A stretch of DNA of 64,000 nucleotides. It comes from Catajapyx aquilonaris (taxonomy: Eukaryota). The notes below the pieces were generated by a model. It was not told the origin of the DNA, ran no database searches, and was given only the letters and a program-made list of their open reading frames with translations. How positions within the stretch are numbered: the stretch's first letter is position 1; each line of letters begins with the position of its first letter. Of the stretch, positions 34,374 to 46,610 are shown one piece after another. Made by a program: the position numbers and the translations under genes. The stretch spans positions 1-64,000 of the forward strand of contig KZ538158.1 of NCBI GenBank assembly GCA_000934665.2, in the 5' to 3' direction.

Positions 34374-36961
34374 GTAATGTCACTTTTCGCATTTTTGAAG
34401 AGACAAACAGTTGTAGAAATGCAAAAGTTTAAAACTGCCATCAAAGTCTGAGAAATTTATTTTAAAAACTTCAAATTCATATTACAATGTGCATTTTAGG
34501 TTTTGGAGTAAATCGGATTTTTAACAAACGTTTTGCATGCCACATTACGATAAGGCGCGTGAAGATAAGACTGATATATATTCGGCAAGCATGCGAATTT
34601 TATGGCCAGACTGCAATTAGCTGGCTTGGTGCGGGGCTTTTTAGTTGATTAATTAGCAGAGATGATGCTCCCCTGGTGTAATGCCGACTGACAGTGTGGT
34701 TCGTTACGTAAGGAATGTTTCTACTGTTTGCTGCATTTATGTAACTTTTCCCAAAGGGTCCTGTTTCTTTTACAGCTTGCTTGACAAATGAGACATGAGA
34801 TGGATTGTGCTGAGTTACTTAACTTCACGTCAAAGATGAGTTGTCGGATGCATAGGTTAATGCAGATGTATCGAATTTTTAGTATGACTCGATAACACGA
34901 TGATGACTCAATGCGAAATGCTGAATGGTTGTAATTATCACTTGGATATTGCGTTAGTTTGGTGTAGGACATAGGATATTATTATGTATTTTCCCGATAT
35001 TTAAGATGAATAATTGCTTTCAAGTTCTAAATGAGTAAATGGTGTCACTATTACTGTAATTAGGTTACTTGAAGCTTACAAATAGTATTGGTAACTTTTT
35101 AATGGCTCGTTTTATATACATAGTAATACTTTCCTCCCTAGTTATGCTGATGATGCATTTCACAGGGATGTTAAACTTTTGCTGAATGAATACCTGTTAT
35201 GAATTTTTTTGCGAGCATACTGTACAGTGCAAAAGGCTGCTCTTGTGTTTGAAAGGAGAGAGAGAAAAAGTTGCGTGTTACATTCTCGCCAGTTCTGATA
35301 GCGTTTTCCAATAGTTATTTCAGTTACCAATATTCCGCACTCTATATGACACCCGGTGTCAATCCAACTGTTCCAACATCTGCACAACCACTCCCACACG
35401 CATACACTGACATATCTACCAAATGCCGCATTGCATCTGCCAACAAGTGCCCTTGGAACAGCCTGCGTAAAGACTGGTTGGTGGGGTCAAGGCCACTGCA
35501 TTTGGATGGTTCCAACAAAACTGTTTCTCACTAAGTGGGCATAAAAAAGAATAGAACCTCGTGTTTACTCAGTGTTCAGTCAGTGTTTAAAATTCAGCGC
35601 CATGGTGTCGGCTTTTTCGAGCATAACCAAGTCAATTTGCCAAAGGAGGGGTGTGGTGAGGGACCACACCCCTGATGCTAACTGTCCTTCATTTTTCAGG
35701 GATGAAAAATAATATCATAAGGACCCCCCCCCCCCCCACCGTTGGTTACATAATGACTCCACATAACACCCTCTCTTTTCCCCCTGCCGGCGGATTAATT
35801 GCCCCATAAGCAGGTTGGAAGTAACAAGTGGCTGCTGCTGGGTTAGGATCGCAGTCGGAATCAAAGTGTTGCTGTTGAGTGGTCTGGAAAGTTGTGTGAC
35901 TGTGGAAGACTGTACCCTTTGGGAAGTTTGTGCCAGGAAGAGGATTTTTTTCCGCCGTATAATCCCGGATTATCGACCAGACTCTTCTGACGTCCTGGTC
36001 AGAGGTAATCAAGATATTATACGCCCACACGAGGTTTTTTCAGGTCATTCTGCGGTTTTCGGATCTGGTTTTATGGATGGGATTTTTATACTTGGGGTGT
36101 CACTTCGGTTGATCCTAAACATTTGTCAACTGAATGCGACGTACCTTATATTCAGTAGTGATGTTATGCCAAAAAATGTGAATTGCAAAGTAGGCATTGG
36201 AGTGAATAATTATTTGTTTTCTACCAACTGAAGGACTCTCAGATCAGCAGTTCCGCGGTTGACACAGCCATGCAAATAAAAATGCAGCAGGTGATCACGT
36301 AACTGATATACGTATGTTTCTCAACTCATATAATTGCTCAAATTATCATTACGGTATGCATATTAGTGTCGATTTGCTGGTACTTAGGTCTGATTGCAGA
36401 AGCGACATTCGACCTGTTGGAGACTTTCCTCTGCACGTTCTGTAAGGCTTGATGCCCGGAGGTTCAAACGATGCTGAGCGTGATCCTCTGCCCCAGACTC
36501 ATCTTGTTTCATGTTGCCAAGCAACCGGCCTTCCGAGTATACCTAATTTGGCATGAATTGGTGTACAGTGCATGTGGTGAACTGGGCATGGATTGTACTT
36601 CACCTGGAGAGGGGAAAGCAACTGATTGGTTAGGTATAATGTGGATTCATGGATGATTTACATGGGATTTGTGTGGGTTACCAATCCGGATTTATTCAAA
36701 TGTGTAGCTGGATTTGTATAAATACATTGGTATCAGGCCACTGTGTTCAATATCATTACACTAAGCGGGATGTCTTTGACGAAGATAAACTTGTAGGGGT
36801 TCATTACAGCGTACAAGTCCTTCGTGTTATGTTGATTATGTCATTTGCTCTCAGCAGCCTCAACAAGATAACGGACTTCACACGAAAGGATAACATATCC
36901 TGGCAGGTATGCATCCCTCCGTGCCACCTTGCCTTTTTAATTAATTTAAATGCTACCTTAT

Positions 36962-37275
36962 GTTTTTTGTGCCCCATGCTAGGGGCGCAGGCCCTCTTAG
37001 GGGGGTGGAATACCACCATTTTTGGACCCATTTATAATATTGATATGTAATTGTTCCAAGGGTAAGTAGGAGGGTATGTGCAAAGTGCAATATCGGTGCG
37101 TGGTCATTTTGTGAACTCCCCCGGGTGGATTAGTCTAGCTGAAATTTCCACCCGAGACGAAGCCAGAGATGGCCCAACTCTGAACGAGATGAAGGGGGGA
37201 ACCCCGGGTTGGGTTCGAACCCGGGACCTTAACATCCGTGGGCACATACGTTACCGCAGCACCACTCCGCCTCCC
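36962..37275 (-). mobile_element. tRNA-derived SINE, family D
   Basis: Head GGGAGGCGGAGTGGTGCTGCGGTAA..GGTTCGAACCC; 3' part shares ACCGA(C/T)ATTGCACTT and AAAAATGGTGGTATT with family C; imperfect 13-bp TSD AAT(G/A)CTACCTTAT at 36949-36961 and 37277-37289. Confidence 0.88.
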
Positions 37276-40200
37276 TAATACTACCTTATAATTTGGGTTT
37301 AAACTGTATGATGCATGCAACCAATGAGCTGTGCGTAATAAACGGGTTGGATATATAGGACTGTTTACTTTAGAGCATTATTTTGTTATGAAGTAATTAA
37401 CCGTGAAAGTATAGTCTATAGACGCGAGCGTTTGTGCAAGGATGTGAAGACCACTTGCAAATAAAAATATTGAATAGTGTCTATATGGTAGACCTACGGC
37501 GGAAACTGGGTCTCTATACAGTATAATGGCTCAGGTTATTTTTAACCTTTATGTCAATGGAAACGCCGGGATTGCTACAGCTCAGGTCTAGACTATGAAT
37601 TTTATGTGCTGACTCTTGGTGCTCTGAATAGTGAATGAACTTTCAGGCGGACAAAATGGTACAGTTGGTTCATATTCAACTATTAATGACCAGCAATTTG
37701 GAACCAAAATCACATTTTCAATCAGTGCAGTGCGGGACAGTTTCATAATCGGGTAGGCTACTGCTGCGGATCAAAAGTCGTAATATCCTTTAAAAATACA
37801 TGAATTAAGTGATCCAAACTGGTGAAGTCTACCATCGGATTTGAGATCTCCTGTACATGTACTGTATGTGGGCTTGCATTAAAACATTTTTTGTACATAT
37901 CTCTGTTACTTTAGAAGTGGGTTAGTCTGCCGCCCAGTCGTTGAAGAGCTTCATATGCTGCCAAGGCTTGAGTTTATGACGTGCATTGCAGCTAAAAGCA
38001 CTACCGTACATATATACATTGCGACGACACCTGCCGCGGGAAACTATGATGGAGAAGGAAGCACTAAGCACTAAAGGTTCACCTTTTACACTTTAGAACA
38101 TCATTCTTTGTATGCATTTTAGTATAATAAAAAACGTGAGACTAAAAGGGGTATATCACAAGTAAGGTTTCACTGGAGGTGAACATATTCAGACGAATAA
38201 GATGATATGTGCTTTTACTTTTAGGTTCATTCTATAGAGTAGTTCCAGGCTGCAGCCTCTCTTTCTGGGAATATATACTGTATAGGATCGTCTACAGTAT
38301 ATAGGCACATAACACCAAAAAGCGCCCCTTATCACTCATGCAGTGCTAGATGGTGGTAAATTCTTAGGTTGAAATGGTAATCTTGTGTCTATTTCTACAA
38401 CCCTTTTTACGATCAGAAAATTGTAAGTTTCGCATAAATGCATTTTATATACCTATTTGTCTATTATAATGTATATAACATTAAAGTTCGTTATGGATGA
38501 TTGTAACCATACAATCCCAGATTTGCGTGCCACTTTAGATGCTGAAGATCAATCAGAATCGGCGTAAGTTGTGAGGAACATAGTAAGGGATATGGCATTA
38601 TCCATGACCTTACTGATTGAACATCAGAAAGCTTATTTCCGTTGGAAATTTTGCTCAGTCGATCGTGTCCTGCTGTTGGGCGAAAGACTCGTATAGTATG
38701 CTACACGATACCCAATCGACTGTCACTTCTCAAATTTCTCAAATATAATGATGGAATAATAATATTATGCAATCCAAATAGAGAATCAAAAGTACAGCTG
38801 CTCAGAGACAGGTGTCTATTACAGTATCCCATTTGAATTTTCATAACCTGGATTACAAAAGTCTGCAATAGTCAAAGCTATAGAGATGTGTCTATTAGGG
38901 CTCATGATGCAATTTTCTTTCATTGCCGTCATATAATAGGCGTCATCAGCATCATCCTGAAAGTCGCTCGAAGGAAATCGTGACCGCGGGTGAATTTTGA
39001 AGCAATGGTGGATACAATGATGGGGCGCGGTACTCTTTCGAAGGTCATATTTCTAGAACTTAACCTAAAATAACACGATGGCAGCCGTGCTTAATGAATT
39101 CCACGGAAAAGGTGCCTTCATAGAATTGAGATGATGACTGGCTCTTTTGTCAGCTTTTGTATCTCGTAAGAGCATTTTATTTGTTATCACATTCACCATC
39201 AGGCTATTTTCAGTCGTTGATTTTCTTATAATATAGGCTAATGATTGGGCTATACTTTATCGAGGACAAGCGACAAGGTCACCTTTAAAAATAATGCAAA
39301 GTGTGTTTCACTAGAGTTGGTATTGTGTTTCTTGCACAGTGTTTGATATGCTTCTAAAAAGTAGTTGAAAGTTTAAATTGGGTTGTATTTTCGTATATAC
39401 AGTACAGCAGCATGTTGGAACTATACATACTACATACTACTATCAGGGAATTTTTCACTGACATAATGTCTGGTAAAAACTCGTACAGAGAGCCACAAGT
39501 ACGAAGTAACATTCGTTGTGATATTTTGCATGTCAATGCTATCTCTATAAGAGATCGTATACTCTTCCAGATCGTCATTACCCGGCGTTTCCTCTGGCAA
39601 AAAAATGGCGCACGGTCGTTTTGGATACGATGCCAACAGCATGCTACTTGCATTTCGCCACATTTTGCCAGAATTGTTTTGCGTATAATTGAGATTGCCA
39701 AGGTTGTTGACAAAAGCCAACAGTGTGGGATACGTTACAGTGCCGAAAACCACGTCGTTGTTTGGAAATGTTCCGAGGTAAACTTTCAGCACAAATGTTT
39801 ACCAGCTCAAAAGCACATCTGGAAAGGCCGGGAGAGGAGGCGGCCCGCATTCTCAAAGGAATGTATACTATCATCAAGCTTTATCGGACTTTACATCAGA
39901 ACTGGTGGGCACATGAATTTATATAACTTGCATGAATTGTGTTGGTATACATTTGTTCATGTTGTACTGTGTAATATTTTCTGAAGCGTAAAACTGTCTG
40001 CTCGTGTGCACAATATTATTGGTATGGAACGATTTAATGTGAAGTGAAGCGTAATGTAAAAATCATTCATCCAGTTGAACACCACCCCGTGTCTGTAGAA
40101 GCTATGTACTTCTTGAGTGGTAAATAAATCAGCGCAGGTGCTGCACTTGCAAGTGTCGAGAACAATGAATGCTATAATGAGGCTCCATAATATTTTAGGA

Positions 40201-40313
40201 TTGTAAGGGATATATCGCACTCTTAACGTATACGTATGTGTGAAAATGCATTCAGTGTCACAGCCTGGCACAATATAGGGTACCGTATATATTTTAAACG
40301 GAAATCAGATTAA

Positions 40314-40456
40314 AGGCCATTTCACAAAAAAAATGTCGCGCGGCAAATTTTTTATTGATATTTATTGTTGCAAATAATTGGTAACAATAAATATAAATAA
40401 TAAATTTGCCGCAACGCGCGCCGTTTGCCGCGCGACATTTTTTTGTGAAATGGCCT
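40314..40456. mobile_element. Palindromic MITE, PIF/Harbinger-like
   Basis: TAA|AGGCCATTTCACAAAAAAAATGTCGCGCGGCAAA ... TTTGCCGCGCGACATTTTTTTGTGAAATGGCCT|TTA. Confidence 0.85.
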
Positions 40457-40551
40457 TTAGTCTACCTGTAAGCTACGAAATTATGATCTTGACAATTAAT
40501 TAGAAGTAATGATAAACCGGTCATTTCATTCCAGAAACTGTCAGGTAGAGC

Positions 40552-40755
40552 ATGAAGGAGGTGATATCTTCTCCGATGAGCCCGGCTGCGGATGAGGCCT
40601 GCCTAGGGCCGCCCTTGGGTCTGGGGCTGCCCTTGGGCATGACCGGCTCTTCGGATCTTAGTCTTGCCACCTCTCGGCCCAAATTTAAACTTCAGGAGTC
40701 ACCCTGTACCCCGATCCCGGAGGAGGCGCCACCTGAGTCTTCCTTTCAACATCAG
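40552..40755 (+). CDS. Alternative first coding exon of putative AMPK gamma
   Basis: Acceptor tttcattccag before 40535, in-frame TAG, then MKEVISSPMSP..PKFKLQESPCTPIPEEAPPESSFQHQ|gtaaga; phase 0, compatible with the exon at 63178. Confidence 0.6.
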
Positions 40756-42657
40756 GTAAGAGGAAAAAGAGACGAATAAACATGGCCAGCCCGGTGCATG
40801 TCGTGTTATGAAAAGAGGAAAATATACTGCAGATAGGAGTGTTTGCTAGGAAAGCATTGTCATACGGTTTTAAATAAACAACTAGATTGGGGCTAGATGT
40901 TGGAGATATCACTGCGGTGTTTTGGGGAGCTGCAGTTCCGCAATGTATGAGAATCTCTCTGGTGGATTGTTAAAATACGTGTAAGTGGACCAGCAGACTC
41001 GATTTTGGCACTAACAGGGCTGTTTCATTTTTATTTGCCAAAATATGGCCTCTCATAAATTGTGATAACCATGAGGCAGCCTCGATGACATTTTGTCCTT
41101 GCTTATGTATGAAGATTTTTTCATTACAAATTGTTTCAGGTATTAATATTCGCTACCCTGATATTATAATCAGCTTCTCATGACAGCTGCCAAGTTTGCA
41201 CATGTTGTTCAACTATAATATTTGTGACTTTAAGATGCAATGAATGAGCTTGATTGCAGGAAGAAATAGCAACATTTATATAACCCATTATTTCCTGTCA
41301 GATTCCTCACATTAATTAATGGAGCTGTATGGTTTCGCGATTTTATGGATGATGTAGATCATAAACCGCGAATTTATGACGCACTTTGGCCTGCAGAAAG
41401 CTCCTCCATTATTGTGGATTCTGCTACCATTACGGACCACTTTGCGTTTTCGATTTCTTCTTGTTATCGAGTTTCAAGGAGCTCAGCTAGTCGAGGTCGT
41501 CTGACTCAAATTTCTTTGAGTATACGGTGATTTGGATAGTGTCTCGTTACATTGCAACTTTAGAGCAAATCCGCACATGCAACGCTATATAGTATTTCTT
41601 ATACAGACAGCCTAAGAGAAGATATAGTTCATAATATTATATGGTATATTTTATGGTGATTATGGTTATCTAACCTCAGTTCACGATTCAATATTTATTT
41701 CGTGGAGATCATACGATTTGGGGGGGGGGGGGGGCATAGACGTATCAACGGTCGCGGCGGAAAACCTTGCGAATCGTGCCCTGTTATTACATACCGTTTA
41801 TTGCGAAACACACGCGCGTATACATTTATCAAGCATTTATAGTTTGTCCAGGAAGAGATTGCATGGGTTTTCTGGTGTTTTGAAGTATAGCGTTGCCAGA
41901 CGCAAAGGGAACCCAGAATACGCCACATGCAACTTGGAAAAAAATTACACGCCTAGCTACTTTACTTTAAGCATAGGGACTGATGTGGTGGGGAGGGGGA
42001 CTGAAAATTTGGAAAAATCCAGGCCCTAATCCTGCAGTCTTTCCCTTGTTCCCCTAAGTTATAGCCTATAGGCCTACCTATCAGCTGTGATTGTAAATAT
42101 AACGTCAAGTTGATTGGCAGAGCACGTAAACAGGCATTTAGAATTATTACAGTGTTGCAATGAAGATAATGTTGGCTGTATACGTATCACATGGGGTCAA
42201 CATAACACGTCTATAGAGTCAAGTACATGGATTTTGATACAACCTTGTTCTTGTCACATTGCAATGTACTGTACGTAGTACGTCTCATTATTCTTGTTGT
42301 ATTAGAGCAAAAATTGTCCTAGTTATTTGATCATGTTTTAGACAAATATATCAGGTATTCAATGACTGTTGGAGGAACACTCTAATGTAGACCGCCACTA
42401 CTGTCTTACGCATCATAATATTGCTACGGTCTACCTTTGCCAATATTGCCATTGAATTAGGGAAATCCATAATCCAAGCGATCATGGCCCATTTTGTACT
42501 GTATACGTGGCGTAGATTTTAGTCTCATTGTGACCTTCCCTGCTGCTATACTCACATGACACGCACCACACGCAGGGCTATAGGATTACGTCATTTGGCA
42601 CACCTTATGTCACTATGGAATTATTACAAACACTCAGGTGTTTATTGATAATGTGGA

Positions 42658-42659
<2 letters not shown>

Positions 42660-42744
<85 letters not shown>
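42660..42744. repeat. (AAT)~28 microsatellite
   Basis: Direct reading. Confidence 0.97.
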
Positions 42745-44089
42745 GCTATAGCTGTACATTCCATCCATAATTGGGTCATCTCATTTGATGTGAACACGCC
42801 TTGAGACTACTGGAAATAATTACGTGTGCAGTGCACAGAGAGCAATTTGAAAGTTATCTGGGTGAAATTGAGCATTTGAGTTGGATGGCGAGGTGACGTA
42901 GGGAAGTAATAAAAATGTTAACGTTCTGGATGGTTTTTAGAGTCGTTGAGAGCGGGGGTCCTCTGGCTGCTTCTCATTCCTTCTGAAATAGATGCCCTTG
43001 GAACACATTTTCGATCACGGTCACCGACTCGCTTGCTTATTGTACTCCGCGTACGTAATTCCGGCTTGTAAAGCGCACTTGCAACATCGCATTTTCCACA
43101 GGCCAGCGATAATGAGCCTGACATTGTTCTAAAGGTTGCCGCCTAATCCAGCGGCCATTCCAAAAAACTTTTTTCTAAATTTTTTTTGTAGAAGTAGAGG
43201 CAGAATTTATGAGGCAGTAAATATAATCTGCAGGTTGGGAACAAAAGAGATGGCTTCTCTGCAGGGAGCATGATTTATCATCCAAGGGGAATTCCGTAAT
43301 AAACGTTGGCAACTGAGCTCAATATAACACGAAGACTGTTAGTCTAATTGGATTAATGACAGGGATTAAGTCCAGCACGTGAATTGGTCTCATCCTCAGC
43401 AGAAATGAGGTTCAACTGATAGAATGAAGTGGGGTAGGACCATAGTATAGGACCACTATTCCTTCACAAGATTCGATCTTTTTTCAAATGATGTTTTTGG
43501 AACTTTGCCTAGTTGTTTTTCAGGTGACACTACTTCTTGGGTCGCATCCAGATTAATCAGCAGGATGGAATGGGACTTGTAAGATCTGGGAAAGCACTAC
43601 CCTGCGAGAAAAGATGCCACGAGCTCCAGCTTAATTTTATTTACGTCAACACTATATATGTATATATTCCTAACCTACCCTAATTACGCTTAAATTAACG
43701 ATTATTTTTGCATTTAGTGTTGGCATCACTATGACGTATTTTTGCGGTGTTGTTTTCCCAAAGCACAACGTTGCAACACTGCCGGTTAATAGGTTCCTTT
43801 AAGATGCTATGCACAATTCAACCGTGCATGCTAATGACCAACAGTTAAAATTTTAACACCCGATTTTAATGGGCGCAGTCGGATCAAACAGCGATGCGCC
43901 AACCGGTTTACCTCCTGAATTTTTTATTAATTAATTCCCATTTGCACCAACGAAGGACGCGCGCTAATTAATTAAAGCAAATCACACATTCAGTCAGGCC
44001 ACGCCATGTCAACAGTCCCATGTTCATCCATCCATTGACGTTCGATTGGCACCCATCAAGTCGTGTTGCGTAACCGTAGAGGACGGAAC

Positions 44090-44187
44090 ATGCGGAGACG
44101 ACGGCAATTCCAACACGCATTGTCGACGCCTTCAGAGGCAGGTGGAATCGATACCAAAATGCGGCTCATTCGCACTGCGGATGAAAC
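44090..44187 (+). CDS. Candidate upstream exon (coding or 5'UTR) of the plus-strand gene
   Basis: Inr-like TCAGT near 43990; MRRRRQFQHALSTPSEAGGIDTKMRLIRTADE; strong donor AC|GTGAGT, phase 2. Confidence 0.35.
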
Positions 44188-46136
44188 GTGAGTGTGGGCC
44201 AAGGTGTGGGCTGCTCTCTGGTTTGGACGTAAATTGAAAAAAAGGCCTCTGGCATCTTCAATTAGTAGCCTACCTCATAGACAACCCACATTAATACCCG
44301 AAACTGCCATCCAAGAGAACGATTTTCTCTGCCAAATATATTTCTTAATTGATTTTCTTAATTAGGCCATCGTTGTCAAAAAGGCGATGTGAACCTGAAT
44401 GATCCTGTTTACAGTGTCATGTACGGCAGGATATGATGTAGCATGTATTGGCGGAACGGAATGTGTTAGTGCTGCAATTTATGTGGGAAGGCGTCAGTTA
44501 AGAGATCACCTGTTATGTGATTAACCCCATCGCTGTAATCGTAATGTCTAGTGCTGATAGGCGCTAAAAGCAATGCTGATAGTTTTAGTGCGAGTAATAG
44601 CGTGTCATTATTATTATGGTGGTGTCCAGAAAAGTGGAAGGTGCTCGAAAGCTTATCAAATCCGATTAGATTTTGATGCTGTCGCAACTGATAAAACCGG
44701 TCAGGAAAAGATTGAAGTGTATCACGCTTTGGGGCATGTTACACGAATTCACTTATTGCGATGCATATATGCATGTGATGGAACGGGAACGCTGTTTACA
44801 TAGCGTTGTATCACACAGGATGCGGGGAATATCTATGCATAAAAAATAAGGGATGATTTGAGTGGTGGGTTTTACCTTGGAAGTTGGAGGTACAAGTGTC
44901 GCAGTTTTATGAGATGAAGTCAAACAATGTCACGAAGGATTTTTTTATTATTTCGTGATCATTTCGTGCACGCTATGAGAAAATCCTGCAAATTGGGCAT
45001 ATAACTCATCATTGTGGCCGGAAGGTTTTTTGTATCTTGCAGTACAGCTATGTTGAGAATCCTTTATCCGAAATTCCGATTGATTGATTGAGTGATGGTT
45101 TATTGGCGCAACAGCAGCAATGGCTATACTGCGCCCGGGTAAAGAGAAAACCTTCAGGAAGAAAACGGAAAATATCCAAATAGTCAGATTTTTTAAAGCG
45201 CTGACATGACGCATCACATATGGAAAATTTCATGAGAGTGTGAAATGCGAGGTGACATGACTAGCGTCACATTACCTGCATTGCAAGTATAAAGAAAGTA
45301 ATTAAAAATGCATATGAAACTACATATAGGCTACATGGTTTATGTATAACCTCGATTAAAACATGTATAATTGTGAACATCACAGTCCAAATCTGTCCCA
45401 TTTTAACTATGCAAAAATATAGCTTGCTGCACATATATTTCGAAATAAATAAATAAATGCAAATTCCCGGTACCAAGCATTTCGGATACTATAAAGACTA
45501 TTCTACCTAATATTAATAGCTAATACTTTCGAAAATAACATCCGAGCAACAGGAACACAATACACACTAACACAAATTCACTACTTTCGTAATACGGTTG
45601 TGTCATTCCCATATCAAGCCGCAACTAATTAAGCCGCAATCAAACCCCCGCAGTTTCAAGTTAGATGGTTTTTGGTGTTTTAATTACCAGGAAGCAATAG
45701 ATTTAATCAAAAAAAAAACTGGCTCGCCCAAAAATTAAAACCACCTCTAACTTTGTAATTAGTGAACTTTAACGATTTTTTTACACCCCCCCCCCCCCCN
45801 ATCAGCAAAATAATAATCATGCCCCAAATGTCTCCCCATTTGATACTTTCGGAGACACGCGTGCGCTCCATGTGGCCTACCCCCAAGGGGTCCCGATTGA
45901 TCCGGAGCAGTGTTCTTATCCGGCGGCAGAGAAGTGCACGAGTTGGCAACCCCGCTGCCATTGTGCCCCCCTCCTACTACCACCCCCTAGTCCCCTCACA
46001 CACACACACACACACACGGCCTCAGCCTCTCTCTTGGTTGGCCTGCCACGTTACTCGGCTGGTAGTGGCGGCGTGAGATAGACCGTAAAAAAGCCACACG
46101 CGGTTCAGACCAGCTGGGCATGGCGCGGGTGTGAGG

Positions 46137-46610
46137 ATGGCAGAAGGAGGGTTGCTGGACACCAAAGTGGAGGAGGAGGAGGACAGTGAGGATGATGGGT
46201 CCACGTCCACTGCCACTACCGAGAGATGTCGGAAGATCAGCACAACCACGCTGGATCCACTGTCCGACTTGGAAGACATGGAGACGTACCAGGATGAATC
46301 GCCGCCGCAGTTGGTCAACGGCGCCCTGGAGATGTATGAGTACAGATGGGAGGACCATCAGCTGAACAGTCTGCCCACGTTGCATGAGGTCAACGACGTC
46401 GGGGACCTGGATTTTAGGGAGGCGCCGGGGCCGTCCCCACCGGTCACCTCAACCCGATCACCATTGCCCTACATGTCACCACACATGGACAAACGGTTCG
46501 TGGACACCAGCATGATCGAAATGAGAAGTCAGGCATCCAGCTCATCCACATTGGATCTGGGCAGCAATGAGGATATTTGGGTGCGAAGAACAGATTGGGA
46601 CAGGCGGAAC
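46137..46610 (+). CDS. SNF4Agamma: Alternative N-terminal coding exon of putative AMPK gamma
   Basis: 158 codons, GC-rich coding-like composition: MAEGGLL..SPHMDKRFVDTSMIEMRSQASSSSTLD..EDIWVRR..RN|gtaagt, phase 0. The motif is recalled from arthropod AMPK-gamma long isoforms and was not verified by search. Confidence 0.7.

Noticed and set aside
39412..39984. 190-aa plus-strand ORF
   Set aside because: No recognisable motifs or convincing splice sites; it is the exact antisense register of the 39430-39792 ORF.
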